Assembly: GCA_038126035.1 (NCBI GenBank)
Contig: JAYPEY010000006.1
Coordinates: 44,611-108,610, forward strand
Origin: Verrucomicrobiales bacterium
Lineage (GTDB): Bacteria; Verrucomicrobiota; Verrucomicrobiia; Limisphaerales; JAYPEY01
Reading direction: 5' to 3'
Length of the DNA stretch: 64,000 nucleotides
Each line of letters starts with the position of its first letter. The first letter of the stretch is position 1. Below the pieces are notes generated by a model. It did no database searches. It was not told the origin of the DNA and saw only the letters and a program-made list of their open reading frames with translations. Shown here one piece after another: positions 27,592 to 36,567 of the stretch. The translations under genes and the position numbers were made by a program.

Positions 27592-27750
27592 CGTAGCCGC
27601 GACCTTCAGGTTGCGAGTCGTGTCCGAGGGGACTTGTAGCCGCAACCTTCAGGTTGCGCACCGAGCGCGTCCCGCGCGAGAAGTGGGCACATACGCATGC
27701 CCGCTGCTCGTCCAAGCGGACTCGAGGCGGGACTTAAGGCTGCGGCTACG
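27592..27750. repeat. REP family A copy 2, MITE-like with terminal inverted repeats
   Basis: CGTAGCCGCGACCTT...AAGGCTGCGGCTACG termini. The internal core is 36/37 identical to 2596-2632. Confidence 0.8.
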
Positions 27751-27991
27751 GGACGCCCCGCCACCGGCTCGGACTTCCAGGTGACGGTCTGCATTTCTCG
27801 CTAAAGGAAGCCCCGCAGTTTGCCGATGTGGGAACGGAAGGCGTGTGAAGTCGTCGCTGCATTGTCGCGCCCGCAGGGTCTTGCGGTGGAGGCGAAATTT
27901 TCCCAAGCTCGGACGCCTTTGCGAAAATGTGTCCCAACAGTGTGATGGAGAAGATTCAGAAGACCGATCCCGAGCTGTCGGGTCGTTCCTT

Positions 27992-28897
27992 GTGAGATGG
28001 TTGTGTCTTGCGGGCGCGCTGTTGTTGTCGGGCTGCGGTCCGGCGCCGGAGCCGGCGCTGCGCATCGGCTCCAACACCTAGCCCGGTTATGAGCCCCTGT
28101 ATCTGGCCCGGAGCTTTGGGGAATACGACGACTCCCGGATCCGGTTGGTTGAGCTGACCTCCGCTTCGGAGGTCATCTACGAACTGCGCAGCGGGACGCT
28201 GGAGGGCGCCGCCCTGACACTGGACGAGTCCCTGACCCTGCTCGACGACGGATTCGACCTGAGAGTGATACTGATCATGGATTTCTCCGACGGCGGCGAC
28301 GTGCTGCTGGCCAAGCCCGGGATCGATTCCCTGGAGAAGCTGCGCGGCAGACGCATCGCCGTGGAAACCACCGCGGTCGGGGGCATCGTGCTGGACTCCG
28401 CGCTCCGCAAGGGCGGCCTGAAGCCCGACGATGTCGAGATCGTTCCCTGCTCCATCGAGGAGCATGTCGATCGCTACCCCGAGGTCGACGCCGTGGTGAC
28501 CTTCGAGACCATGAGGACCAAGATCAAAAAACTGGGCGCGGTCACGTTGTTTGACAGCAGTGAGATTCCCGACCGGATTGTCGACGTGCTGGTGGTGAAG
28601 GCCGAAGTCGCCGAATCCCATTCCCGCTCGCTCAGTCGCCTCCTTGCGGGTTACTTCAGGGCGCGCGAACACCTCGCCGCCAACCCGGATGACGCCGCGA
28701 AACGCATGGCCGTGCGACTGGGATTGTCCCCGGAGGAAATGCTGACCGCCTATGAAGGAATGAGACTGCCGGAGCTGGATGAGAACCGGAAGATCCTTAC
28801 AGGCGCCCAACCGCCATTGGAGCGCAACCTGCTCCAGAGCCTTTCCGGGATCGGAAAGCTGGCAGACGGGCGGTTCCTGCCCGACGGGGAGCCATGA
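27992..28897 (+). pseudogene. NMT1/THI5-like ABC substrate-binding lipoprotein interrupted by an in-frame TAG
   Basis: GTG at 27992 gives 'MRWLCLAGALLLSGC'. TAG at 28079-28081 interrupts '..LRIGSNT*PGYEPLYLA..'. ORFs 27845..28081 and 28145..28897 are in the same frame. Confidence 0.7.
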
Positions 28898-29411
28898 GGG
28901 CCGTCCATTCATTGCCGCTCAGGTTGTGGCTGCCCCTGCTTGTCGCCGTCGTCTTCGTCGCGCTGCTGGCAGTCATGGCCTGGGCCGAACGCCGCGACAT
29001 GCGGTCGGACCTCGCGTCCACAAGCCTGTGGTTCGTGACCCAGGACATGACCCTGTTGCAGCGCGAAATCAATCAGAGCTTTTCCGCCGATGAATTCGGC
29101 CGCGCGAAGGAGGCGTTGACGGCGCGCGGCGTCAACGAGAACTACAAGAGCCTGGCCGCCATCGATCATGAGGGCCTGATTCTGGTCGCCACGCGGTTCA
29201 CGCTGAAAGGACGCCAGGCCATGGAGGTTTTGCCCGATTTCGATCCCGCCCGTTTCGCGGAGACCAGGCGCAACAATCGCGCGGATGTGCGGCTCGATCC
29301 GGGCGGCGACAGCATCACCGCCTATTTTCCGCTCACCCTGGCGCGCGAGCCGGGTGAGATTCGTCCCTCGCGAGTTGGAGCCATCCACCTTGTGGTTGAC
29401 CTGGGCGCCTT
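28894..29411 (+). pseudogene. N-terminal periplasmic sensor-domain fragment (truncated signalling protein)
   Basis: ATGA overlap with the SBP stop. There is one TM segment and a roughly 140-aa extracytoplasmic region, but no second TM or output domain. The ORF tail (29412-29640) is antisense to the real convergent gene. Confidence 0.5.
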
Positions 29412-30956
29412 CTATTCCTCCATCGACTTCAACCGTCGTTCGAGTTGGGCTTGGCGCAGGTTTCTGGGTTGCAGCCGGAGTGGATCGATCGCTTCGAACC
29501 AGCGACCATTTGTCGCCATGGTCGATTTGCCTGCGGGCTGCACGCCGACGAAGTTCATCATGTCGGGGCCGAAGCCTTTGGGCCAGGACTGCGGCCGGCG
29601 GGCGCGGATGCCCCAGAAGGTCGCCCAGGCTGCGCAGTGATGCCCCAGTTTGGCGCCGCCGCCGGACTGAACCATCCGACTCCCCTCGCCAAGGTGGATG
29701 TCGGTGAACAGATTCGAATGCGGCGCGTAGCGGTGGTGGTCGAAGGACAGGTCGGATCCCATTCCGACCGAGGCGACATTGCCTGCCGAACCGCGGGTCA
29801 CGGTGATGCCGTGCATGAAGCGCGTCTCAAAGCGGAAGCGCGTGAGCAGGTTGTCCTGGCCGCCCAGGGTGACGCCGTGGTGCCCGGTCGCCTTGCGGGA
29901 TTTTTCAATCGCGCGCGCGGACGTGATGTGCAGGTCGGTGACGGTGTTGTTCACGCCGCTGACGAAGACGCCGCTGTCGGCGTTGTGGATGCGGATGTTG
30001 CGCGCCCAGCAATGCCGGACGCCGCGCAGATCGATCGCGTTGAAGCCCAACTCGGTGAAGTGTCCCTTGTAGGGCGTGTTGGGAAACGCGAAGCCCAGCT
30101 CTTCGATGCCGCACTCCTCCACACTGCTCCTGGCCGCGACGAGGTGCGGTTTCCATTCCGCCCGCGCCTCCGTGCGCAGCGGACGGTCGAAATGGATGCG
30201 CTTCGCGGTCGCGTCCACCCGGGTCACGCGGAAGGCGAACGATTCACGAATGTTCTTCAGATTGTTGATGGGTCCGGTGTCGCCGGCGTAGAGATGTTTG
30301 GTGAGGCTCCTGTCCGGGGCGTCGCTCATTCGCAGTTCATAGTCCTCGCCCGGCTTGAACCTCGAAGAATCCGACACTGTCAGCGACCGGTCCCCGCGTT
30401 TGGCCGGCGAGGCGACATCCGCCAACTTCCGGTCCGACGCCCGGCCGACGATGCGGACATAGCCGCCGGACCAGGAGTAGTTGGAGGTTCGTTTGCCGGA
30501 GGTCGTGGCGCCCCAGTTGGGTTTGACCGAATCGAGCGGCTTGGGAAAGACGAACACGGACTTCGTCGGCCCCGCGCCGCGCAGCACGGTCCCGCTGGCC
30601 GAGATGGTGAGGAAGTCCGTGATGCGGTAGTTGCCGCGCGGCACGTAGATCACCTTGCCCGCCGCCTCCGCGATGGCCTTCTGAAACGCGGCCGTGTCGT
30701 CGGTCCGGCCATCGCCCTTGGCGCCGAAGTCCTTCACTGAAACGTCCACAACGCGGCGGGGAATCTCTTTCTCCCCCCGGCCGTAGCCGGCATGGGAGAA
30801 GTCCGACAGTCGGCCCTGCGGCGTCCACAGCTCGCCGGACCCGCCCCAAAGGCGGGAGTGTTGCGCGGCGGCGTTGTTGAGCGCCCCCGCTCCAAGCAGG
30901 GCCAGCAATGTCAGCCGCGGTAATGTCCCGGCAAATCGCTTCTCACTGAATTCCAC
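29412..30956 (-). CDS. pectate-lyase-superfamily / right-handed beta-helix protein (Pectate_lyase_3-like)
   Basis: 'VKDFGAKGDGRTDDTAAFQKAIAEA..VIYVPRGNYRI'. GTG at 30956 gives the signal 'VEFSEKRFAGTLPRLTLLALLGAGALNNAAA'. Confidence 0.8.
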   Translation of the reverse strand: MEFSEKRFAGTLPRLTLLALLGAGALNNAAAQHSRLWGGSGELWTPQGRLSDFSHAGYGRGEKEIPRRVVDVSVKDFGAKGDGRTDDTAAFQKAIAEAAGKVIYVPRGNYRITDFLTISASGTVLRGAGPTKSVFVFPKPLDSVKPNWGATTSGKRTSNYSWSGGYVRIVGRASDRKLADVASPAKRGDRSLTVSDSSRFKPGEDYELRMSDAPDRSLTKHLYAGDTGPINNLKNIRESFAFRVTRVDATAKRIHFDRPLRTEARAEWKPHLVAARSSVEECGIEELGFAFPNTPYKGHFTELGFNAIDLRGVRHCWARNIRIHNADSGVFVSGVNNTVTDLHITSARAIEKSRKATGHHGVTLGGQDNLLTRFRFETRFMHGITVTRGSAGNVASVGMGSDLSFDHHRYAPHSNLFTDIHLGEGSRMVQSGGGAKLGHHCAAWATFWGIRARRPQSWPKGFGPDMMNFVGVQPAGKSTMATNGRWFEAIDPLRLQPRNLRQAQLERRLKSMEE

Positions 30957-31170
30957 GTGCCCAACCTCCAATTCTTCATCCGCTTGGGCAAGACCGGGAT
31001 TGCGCCCCGCACAGCGGATCTGGCCCTCCAAGCGGCATTGCTAAAACTTAAACAAATTTTAGACATAAGGTTGACACCTCAAGAGACTGGAGAAACTTCC
31101 GCCTGCGCTCGGCCCCGTTGGTTGGAGCGCGTTGCAGAACAAAATGTAAACCAAAGAGAGAAAACCACAC

Positions 31171-31665
31171 ATGCAAACCACACGTTTCCTCACCGCCATG
31201 GCCTGTGCTTCCGCATTGTTCGTCGCCGGAGCGACCGCCCATGCCAACGACAAGGCCGACAAGAACATCGTGCAGATCGCCAGTCAGGCGGGGCAGTTCA
31301 ACACCCTCGTTGCCGCGGTGAAGGCCGCGGGCTTGGCGGAAACACTGCAGGGCAAGGGTCCGTTCACCGTGTTTGCGCCGACCGACGAAGCCTTCGCCAA
31401 GCTTCCGGCCGGCACGATCGATGAACTGCTCAAGCCCGCCAACAAGAGCAGGCTCGCCGCGATCCTGACCTATCATGTCGTTCCCGGCAGCGTGAAGTCA
31501 TCCGCCGTGAAAACCATGAAGGCAAGGACCGTGAACGGCCAGAAGGTCCAGCTCAAGGTCAGCGACAAGGGCGTGCACATCGACAATGCCAAGGTCGTCA
31601 AGGCGGACATCATGGCCGGCAATGGCGTCATCCATGTGATCGATCACGTCATCCTTCCCCGGTAA
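31171..31665 (+). CDS. fasciclin (FAS1) domain protein, secreted
   Basis: '[54 protein letters not shown]'. Confidence 0.9.
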   Translation: MQTTRFLTAMACASALFVAGATAHANDKADKNIVQIASQAGQFNTLVAAVKAAGLAETLQGKGPFTVFAPTDEAFAKLPAGTIDELLKPANKSRLAAILTYHVVPGSVKSSAVKTMKARTVNGQKVQLKVSDKGVHIDNAKVVKADIMAGNGVIHVIDHVILPR

Positions 31666-31671
31666 CTCCAA

Positions 31672-31708
31672 GGGCCCGGGTGGAAAACGCTGTTCCGCCC
31701 GGGCCTTT
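31672..31708 (+). terminator. intrinsic terminator after the fasciclin gene
   Basis: GGGCCCGGGTGGAA-aacgctg-TTCCGCCCGGGCC followed by TTT. One G.U pair in the stem. Confidence 0.6.
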
Positions 31709-31746
31709 CCACGCTCGCACTCAATTCATCACCAAACACAGAAACC

Positions 31747-32013
31747 ATGACCACCCAGACCACATCCAATTCAATTCACCTTCGCGAGCACGTCCTTGAC
31801 TCCCCGCGCGTCTCCAACACCCTCGACACTGCCTTCCTCAGCGCCGCCGCGTTCAGCCTGGCCCTGAGCGTTGTCCTGTGGTTTGCGCTGGATCAAAGCC
31901 ACGGGATCTTCGTCGGTCTCTGGGTCCCCAGCATCATCGGCTTGTGGACTGGGCTGAAAGTCACGGCCCTGTATCGGGCATTGAGCCGCGAACAGGAGAG
32001 CCCCGGCGAATAG
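31747..32013 (+). CDS. hypothetical small membrane protein (2 predicted TM)
   Basis: 88 aa with an ATG start and hydrophobic segments 'FLSAAAFSLALSVVLWFAL' and 'IFVGLWVPSIIGLWTGL'. Confidence 0.45.
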   Translation: MTTQTTSNSIHLREHVLDSPRVSNTLDTAFLSAAAFSLALSVVLWFALDQSHGIFVGLWVPSIIGLWTGLKVTALYRALSREQESPGE

Positions 32014-32034
32014 CGACGCAGCGAAGGGCGGCGG

Positions 32035-32658
32035 TCAGTGCCTTCGATAGGCCGCGCGGTGGGTGGGCTTGCCCTGGGCGTTCCACTGCTCCTCGAAGTC
32101 GGTCACCACGGAGGCGAGTTCCACTGGCGTGTCGACCGCCTCAAAACCCTCGGCCGCCCCGCAGACTTCCAGCATCTGCTCGAAGTAGGGCGGATCGTCG
32201 GTGCGCAGGTAGAGGGTTCCGCCGGGCGCAAGAGCCTTGCGGGCGGATTGCAGGAACGCCGGTTGGATCAGTCGATGACGCTCGTGTTTCGCCTTGGGCC
32301 AGGGATCGGGAAAGTAGATGTGAATCGCGCGCAACGATTCCGCCGTCAGCAGATACTCAGTGAAGTAGCCGGCCTCGAGTCGGATGATCTTCAGGTTGTC
32401 CAGGCCAAGTCTCCGCGCCTTCTTGTCCAGTTTGCGCAGGCGACCCAGCAATCGCTCAATGCCGAGGAAATTGGTCTCGGGATGAAGGTTGGCATAGCGC
32501 GCAAGAAAGGAGCCGTCGCCGCTGCCGATCTCCAATTCGACCGGGCGTGCGACCGGGAAGACCTCCGCCAGATCCAACCGATCCTCGTACGATGCGGGGG
32601 TGTGGACGATCGAGGGAAGGGACTTCCAGTCGGGGGTCTGGTTGGGGTTGCTTGTCAT
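32035..32658 (-). CDS. trmB: tRNA (guanine46-N7)-methyltransferase
   Basis: 'ELEIGSGDGSFL', 'NFLGIE' and 'IHIYFPDPWPKAKHERHRL'. Confidence 0.9.
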   Translation of the reverse strand: MTSNPNQTPDWKSLPSIVHTPASYEDRLDLAEVFPVARPVELEIGSGDGSFLARYANLHPETNFLGIERLLGRLRKLDKKARRLGLDNLKIIRLEAGYFTEYLLTAESLRAIHIYFPDPWPKAKHERHRLIQPAFLQSARKALAPGGTLYLRTDDPPYFEQMLEVCGAAEGFEAVDTPVELASVVTDFEEQWNAQGKPTHRAAYRRH

Positions 32659-32681
32659 GCCAAGAGGATGTCAGAGAGTCT

Positions 32682-32810
32682 GGCCGTGAAAGGGCGGGAC
32701 AGACGGTACGGCGTTCAAGGACTGTCTCGCCCTTTCAGGGCTGGAGCCCTTGCCGACGGACACCCGGGGTTGTACCCCGGGCTTTGGTCTCTCGCCCCGT
32801 TGGGGCTGGA
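32682..32810. repeat. REP family C half-copy
   Basis: GTGAAAGGGCGGGACAG..CTGTCTCGCCCTTTCAGGGCTGG..ACCCGGGG..CCCCGGGCTTTGG..CCCCGTTGGGGCTG. Collinear with the right half of 21466-21675. Confidence 0.8.
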
Positions 32811-32837
32811 GTGTGTTGGCGCGTCCCGACTCCATGT

Positions 32838-33098
32838 TCAGTCCATTCGCAGGTCGCCGACAAATTCAGCCTCGGGAACTACCGCTGATTCGCGAACGCC
32901 GAGCTGTTCGACCACAACACTCACATAGCGAGTCCACGCAATCTCAGGATCCAACGTTTTGCCGTCGTTCTGGCCCTGGGAGAGAACGTGGGCAAACAGA
33001 TCGCCGACGGTCATCATCTCGGAGGCCTTCTCGTCCCGCACGCGGATACCGAACTCCTCTTCAACGGCCAGAATCAATTGAACCGAGTCCAGTCCCAT
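32838..33098 (-). CDS. acyl-carrier-protein-like protein with permuted domain order
   Basis: It starts 'MGLDSVQLILAVEEEFGIRVRDE..TVGDLFAHV' (ACP helices II-IV) and ends '..VSVVVEQLGVRESAVVPEAEFVGDLRMD' (ACP helix I and loop). Confidence 0.6.
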   Translation of the reverse strand: MGLDSVQLILAVEEEFGIRVRDEKASEMMTVGDLFAHVLSQGQNDGKTLDPEIAWTRYVSVVVEQLGVRESAVVPEAEFVGDLRMD

Positions 33099-33127
33099 GG
33101 ATCAAAGAGAACACGCTTGAAGGAAAA

Positions 33128-33214
33128 AGACGAACGTCAAACGCTCAACTTTGAACTCTAAACATCAAACTGCTGGGAGTTTAACGTTTGGAGTTGGACG
33201 TTGAACGTTCGTCT
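33128..33214 (-). terminator. inverted repeat after the recA stop (hairpin, REP-like)
   Basis: AGACGAACGTCAAACG / CGTTGAACGTTCGTCT arms match 14/16. The element lies 12 nt downstream of the recA stop. Confidence 0.5.
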
Positions 33215-33225
33215 TGTCCTGGCGC

Positions 33226-34347
<1,122 letters not shown>

Positions 34348-34514
34348 GGTAAATCGGGTGTTTGAAGTGACTTGGCCGGCAACTATGCGGAAGCCCCGGC
34401 AGGCAAGTCAACCGCCGCCTGCCGATTGCGTTATCGAAGCGCGAAATCCGGGCATTTTTTCCCATTCGGAGAATGGAATTGTCTTCGAACGGCCCCCCGA
34501 ACTACGCTCCGGCC

Positions 34515-34814
34515 ATGTTTTCACACGTGGTTATTTTTTGGACGGATCCGGAGCAGCCCGACGCGGCGGATCGCTTGATCGAAGGCGCGAACCGGTATCT
34601 TCGCGACATCCCCGGCGTGCATCACTTCCACATCGGCAAGATGCAGTCGAGTCACCGCGACGTGGTGGACCAGAGCTACCAGGTGGCGCTGAACACGCAG
34701 TTCGAATCCAAGCAGGCGCAGGACGAATACCAGGATCACCCGGAACACATCGAATTCGTCGAGAAGGTCTTCAAGAAGGTCTGCCAAAGGGTCGTTGTGT
34801 ACGATTTTGAATAG
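34515..34814 (+). CDS. Dabb (stress-responsive A/B barrel) family protein
   Basis: 'MFSHVVIFW..' and 'QDHPEHIEFV'. ATG at 34515. Confidence 0.8.
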   Translation: MFSHVVIFWTDPEQPDAADRLIEGANRYLRDIPGVHHFHIGKMQSSHRDVVDQSYQVALNTQFESKQAQDEYQDHPEHIEFVEKVFKKVCQRVVVYDFE

Positions 34815-34816
34815 GG

Positions 34817-35020
34817 AACCACGGATGAGCACGGATGGACACAGATGGGAACTGTGGGCGCTGCGTTCCGTAGAACGGGATTTATCCCGTTTGTTGCGCG
34901 TTGAGCCGGCAAAGGCCTATGACGATGACCAGCGTCTTGAGTTTCAGTCGGATGTTTCCCGGTTTCGTCCCGCGCCCTGCAAACGGAATGAATTCCGTTC
35001 TACTGTGTTCATCGGTGGTT
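34817..35020. repeat. multi-hairpin REP block
   Basis: Outer arms AACCACGGATGAGCAC.. / ..GTGTTCATCGGTGGTT. Inner perfect hairpins AACGGGAT-tt-ATCCCGTT and AACGGAAT-ga-ATTCCGTT. Confidence 0.7.
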
Positions 35021-35035
35021 AAGAAGGATTCAGCC

Positions 35036-35851
35036 ATGAGCCACGATCTTAAGGATTTTGAGAAGGACGTCATTGAGCGGAGTCATTCGACGCCGGTGTT
35101 GGTGGATTTCTGGGCCGAGTGGTGCGGGCCGTGCAAGATGCTGGCCCCGGTGATCGAGGGCCTGGCCGACAAGGCCCATGGGAAATGGGCCTTGGTCAAG
35201 ATCAACACCGAGGAGCATCCCGAGCTGGCCGAACGCTTCGGCATCAGCAGCATTCCGAATGTGAAGCTGTTCCATGGCGGCGAGGTGATCGATGAGTTCT
35301 TTGGCGCCATGTCGGAGAGCGAGATCGAATCCTGGATTGCCGGGGCGCTGCCCTCGCCCAACGCCAAGACGCTTCTGAAGGCCTTCGCCCTGCTCGATGC
35401 GGGCAATGCGGCCGAGGCGTTGGCCGCGGCCGAACCTGTCCTGGTCGAGGAGCCCGACAATCAAGAAGCCCGCATGCTGATCGCGGAGGCGTCCTTGGGA
35501 TCCAATCCCGGCCGGATCGTGGAACTCCTGCAGTCGATTAACGAGGATTCGGATCACTTCGACAAAGCCAAGGCGCTGCGCGAACTGGCCAAGGTTTCGT
35601 TGGCCGTGGACGAGCCCGATTCGCTGCCGGACGCCGCGGTGAAGGACCGTTATCTGGAGGGCGCCAATGCCGTGCGCGCCGGCGACTACGACGCGGCGTT
35701 CCAGGCCTTCATCGAGGTGATCGAGAAGCAGGGAAGCTACGCGGACGAGGCGGCCAAGAGCGCGGGCAAGGCGCTGATCCAGTTTCTCGGCATCCGCCAC
35801 CCCGTGGTCGACAGGAACTACCGGGCGTTCACGAGTGTGCTGTATATGTGA
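35036..35851 (+). CDS. thioredoxin-domain protein with TPR-like C-terminus (YbbN/CnoX-like)
   Basis: 'VLVDFWAEWCGPCKMLAP' followed by a helical repeat region. ATG at 35036. Confidence 0.85.
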   Translation: MSHDLKDFEKDVIERSHSTPVLVDFWAEWCGPCKMLAPVIEGLADKAHGKWALVKINTEEHPELAERFGISSIPNVKLFHGGEVIDEFFGAMSESEIESWIAGALPSPNAKTLLKAFALLDAGNAAEALAAAEPVLVEEPDNQEARMLIAEASLGSNPGRIVELLQSINEDSDHFDKAKALRELAKVSLAVDEPDSLPDAAVKDRYLEGANAVRAGDYDAAFQAFIEVIEKQGSYADEAAKSAGKALIQFLGIRHPVVDRNYRAFTSVLYM

Positions 35852-35853
35852 CC

Positions 35854-35930
35854 CGTAGCAGCGAACGTAAGTTCGCTCATTTCGAGTCTTGGACTCCGGA
35901 AGTCAGAGCGAACTTACGCACGCTGCTACG
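35854..35930. repeat. 25-nt-arm inverted repeat between convergent trx-like and msrA genes (bidirectional terminator/REP)
   Basis: CGTAGCAGCGAACGTAAGTTCGCTC ... GAGCGAACTTACGCACGCTGCTACG, complementary at 23/25 positions. Confidence 0.7.
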
Positions 35931-35942
35931 CCGAGGTGTTAT

Positions 35943-36458
35943 TCACCCCAGACCCAATTTCTCCAACTTCGGCGGGATCGTGACCTGGCAGAACCGGTTC
36001 TCCGGATGGTTGCGGAAATAGTCCTGATGATAATCCTCCGCCGGATGATAATTCGAAACCTCTTCGATCTCGGTCACGATCGGGCCTTCCCAGAGGGCGG
36101 CGGCGCCGGCTTTTGACCTCCCGGCGATCTCGCGCTGTTCCTCATCATGCCAGTAGATGCCGGAGCGATATTGCGTTCCTTCGTCCACTCCCTGCCGGTT
36201 GAGCGTGGTCGGATCATGCGCCCGCCAGAAGACATCCAGCAGCTTGGCGAATGAAATCACGTCCGGATCGAATTCAATCCGCACGACCTCGGCATGCCCG
36301 GTCTCGCCCGTGCAGACCTTCTTGTAATCCGGATCGGGGTCATGGCCGTTCGAATACCCGGAGACGACCGATCGAACCCCGTCCAATCTCTGGAAGACGG
36401 CCTCGACGCACCAGAAGCAGCCCGCGGCAAGGGTGGCCTGTTGCAGCGATTGACTCAT
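35943..36458 (-). CDS. msrA: peptide-methionine (S)-S-oxide reductase
   Basis: 'ATLAAGCFWCVEAVF', 'GYSNG' and 'GHAEVVRIEFDP'. ATG at 36458. Confidence 0.9.
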   Translation of the reverse strand: MSQSLQQATLAAGCFWCVEAVFQRLDGVRSVVSGYSNGHDPDPDYKKVCTGETGHAEVVRIEFDPDVISFAKLLDVFWRAHDPTTLNRQGVDEGTQYRSGIYWHDEEQREIAGRSKAGAAALWEGPIVTEIEEVSNYHPAEDYHQDYFRNHPENRFCQVTIPPKLEKLGLG

Positions 36459-36567
36459 GACAACAAGGATAGAACGGGTGTCTGGATCGCCAAGCGAATT
36501 TGATGCGGGGCGGCCTGCCACCTTTGGACTTTCTTCGCGCGATGCCTGCCCACACACTGCGTCGATC

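Noticed and set aside
29412-29640. 3' part of ORF 28894..29640 as genuine coding sequence
   Set aside because: It is antisense to the conserved C-terminus of the beta-helix protein and has no domain-like sequence. It is treated as the non-coding tail of a truncated gene.
34348-34514. SOS/LexA operator upstream of recA
   Set aside because: I looked for the Verrucomicrobia-type TGTTC-N4-GAACA and for the GAAC-N4-GTTC and CTGT-N8-ACAG types and found none. The parS palindromes have an N6 spacer and lie elsewhere.
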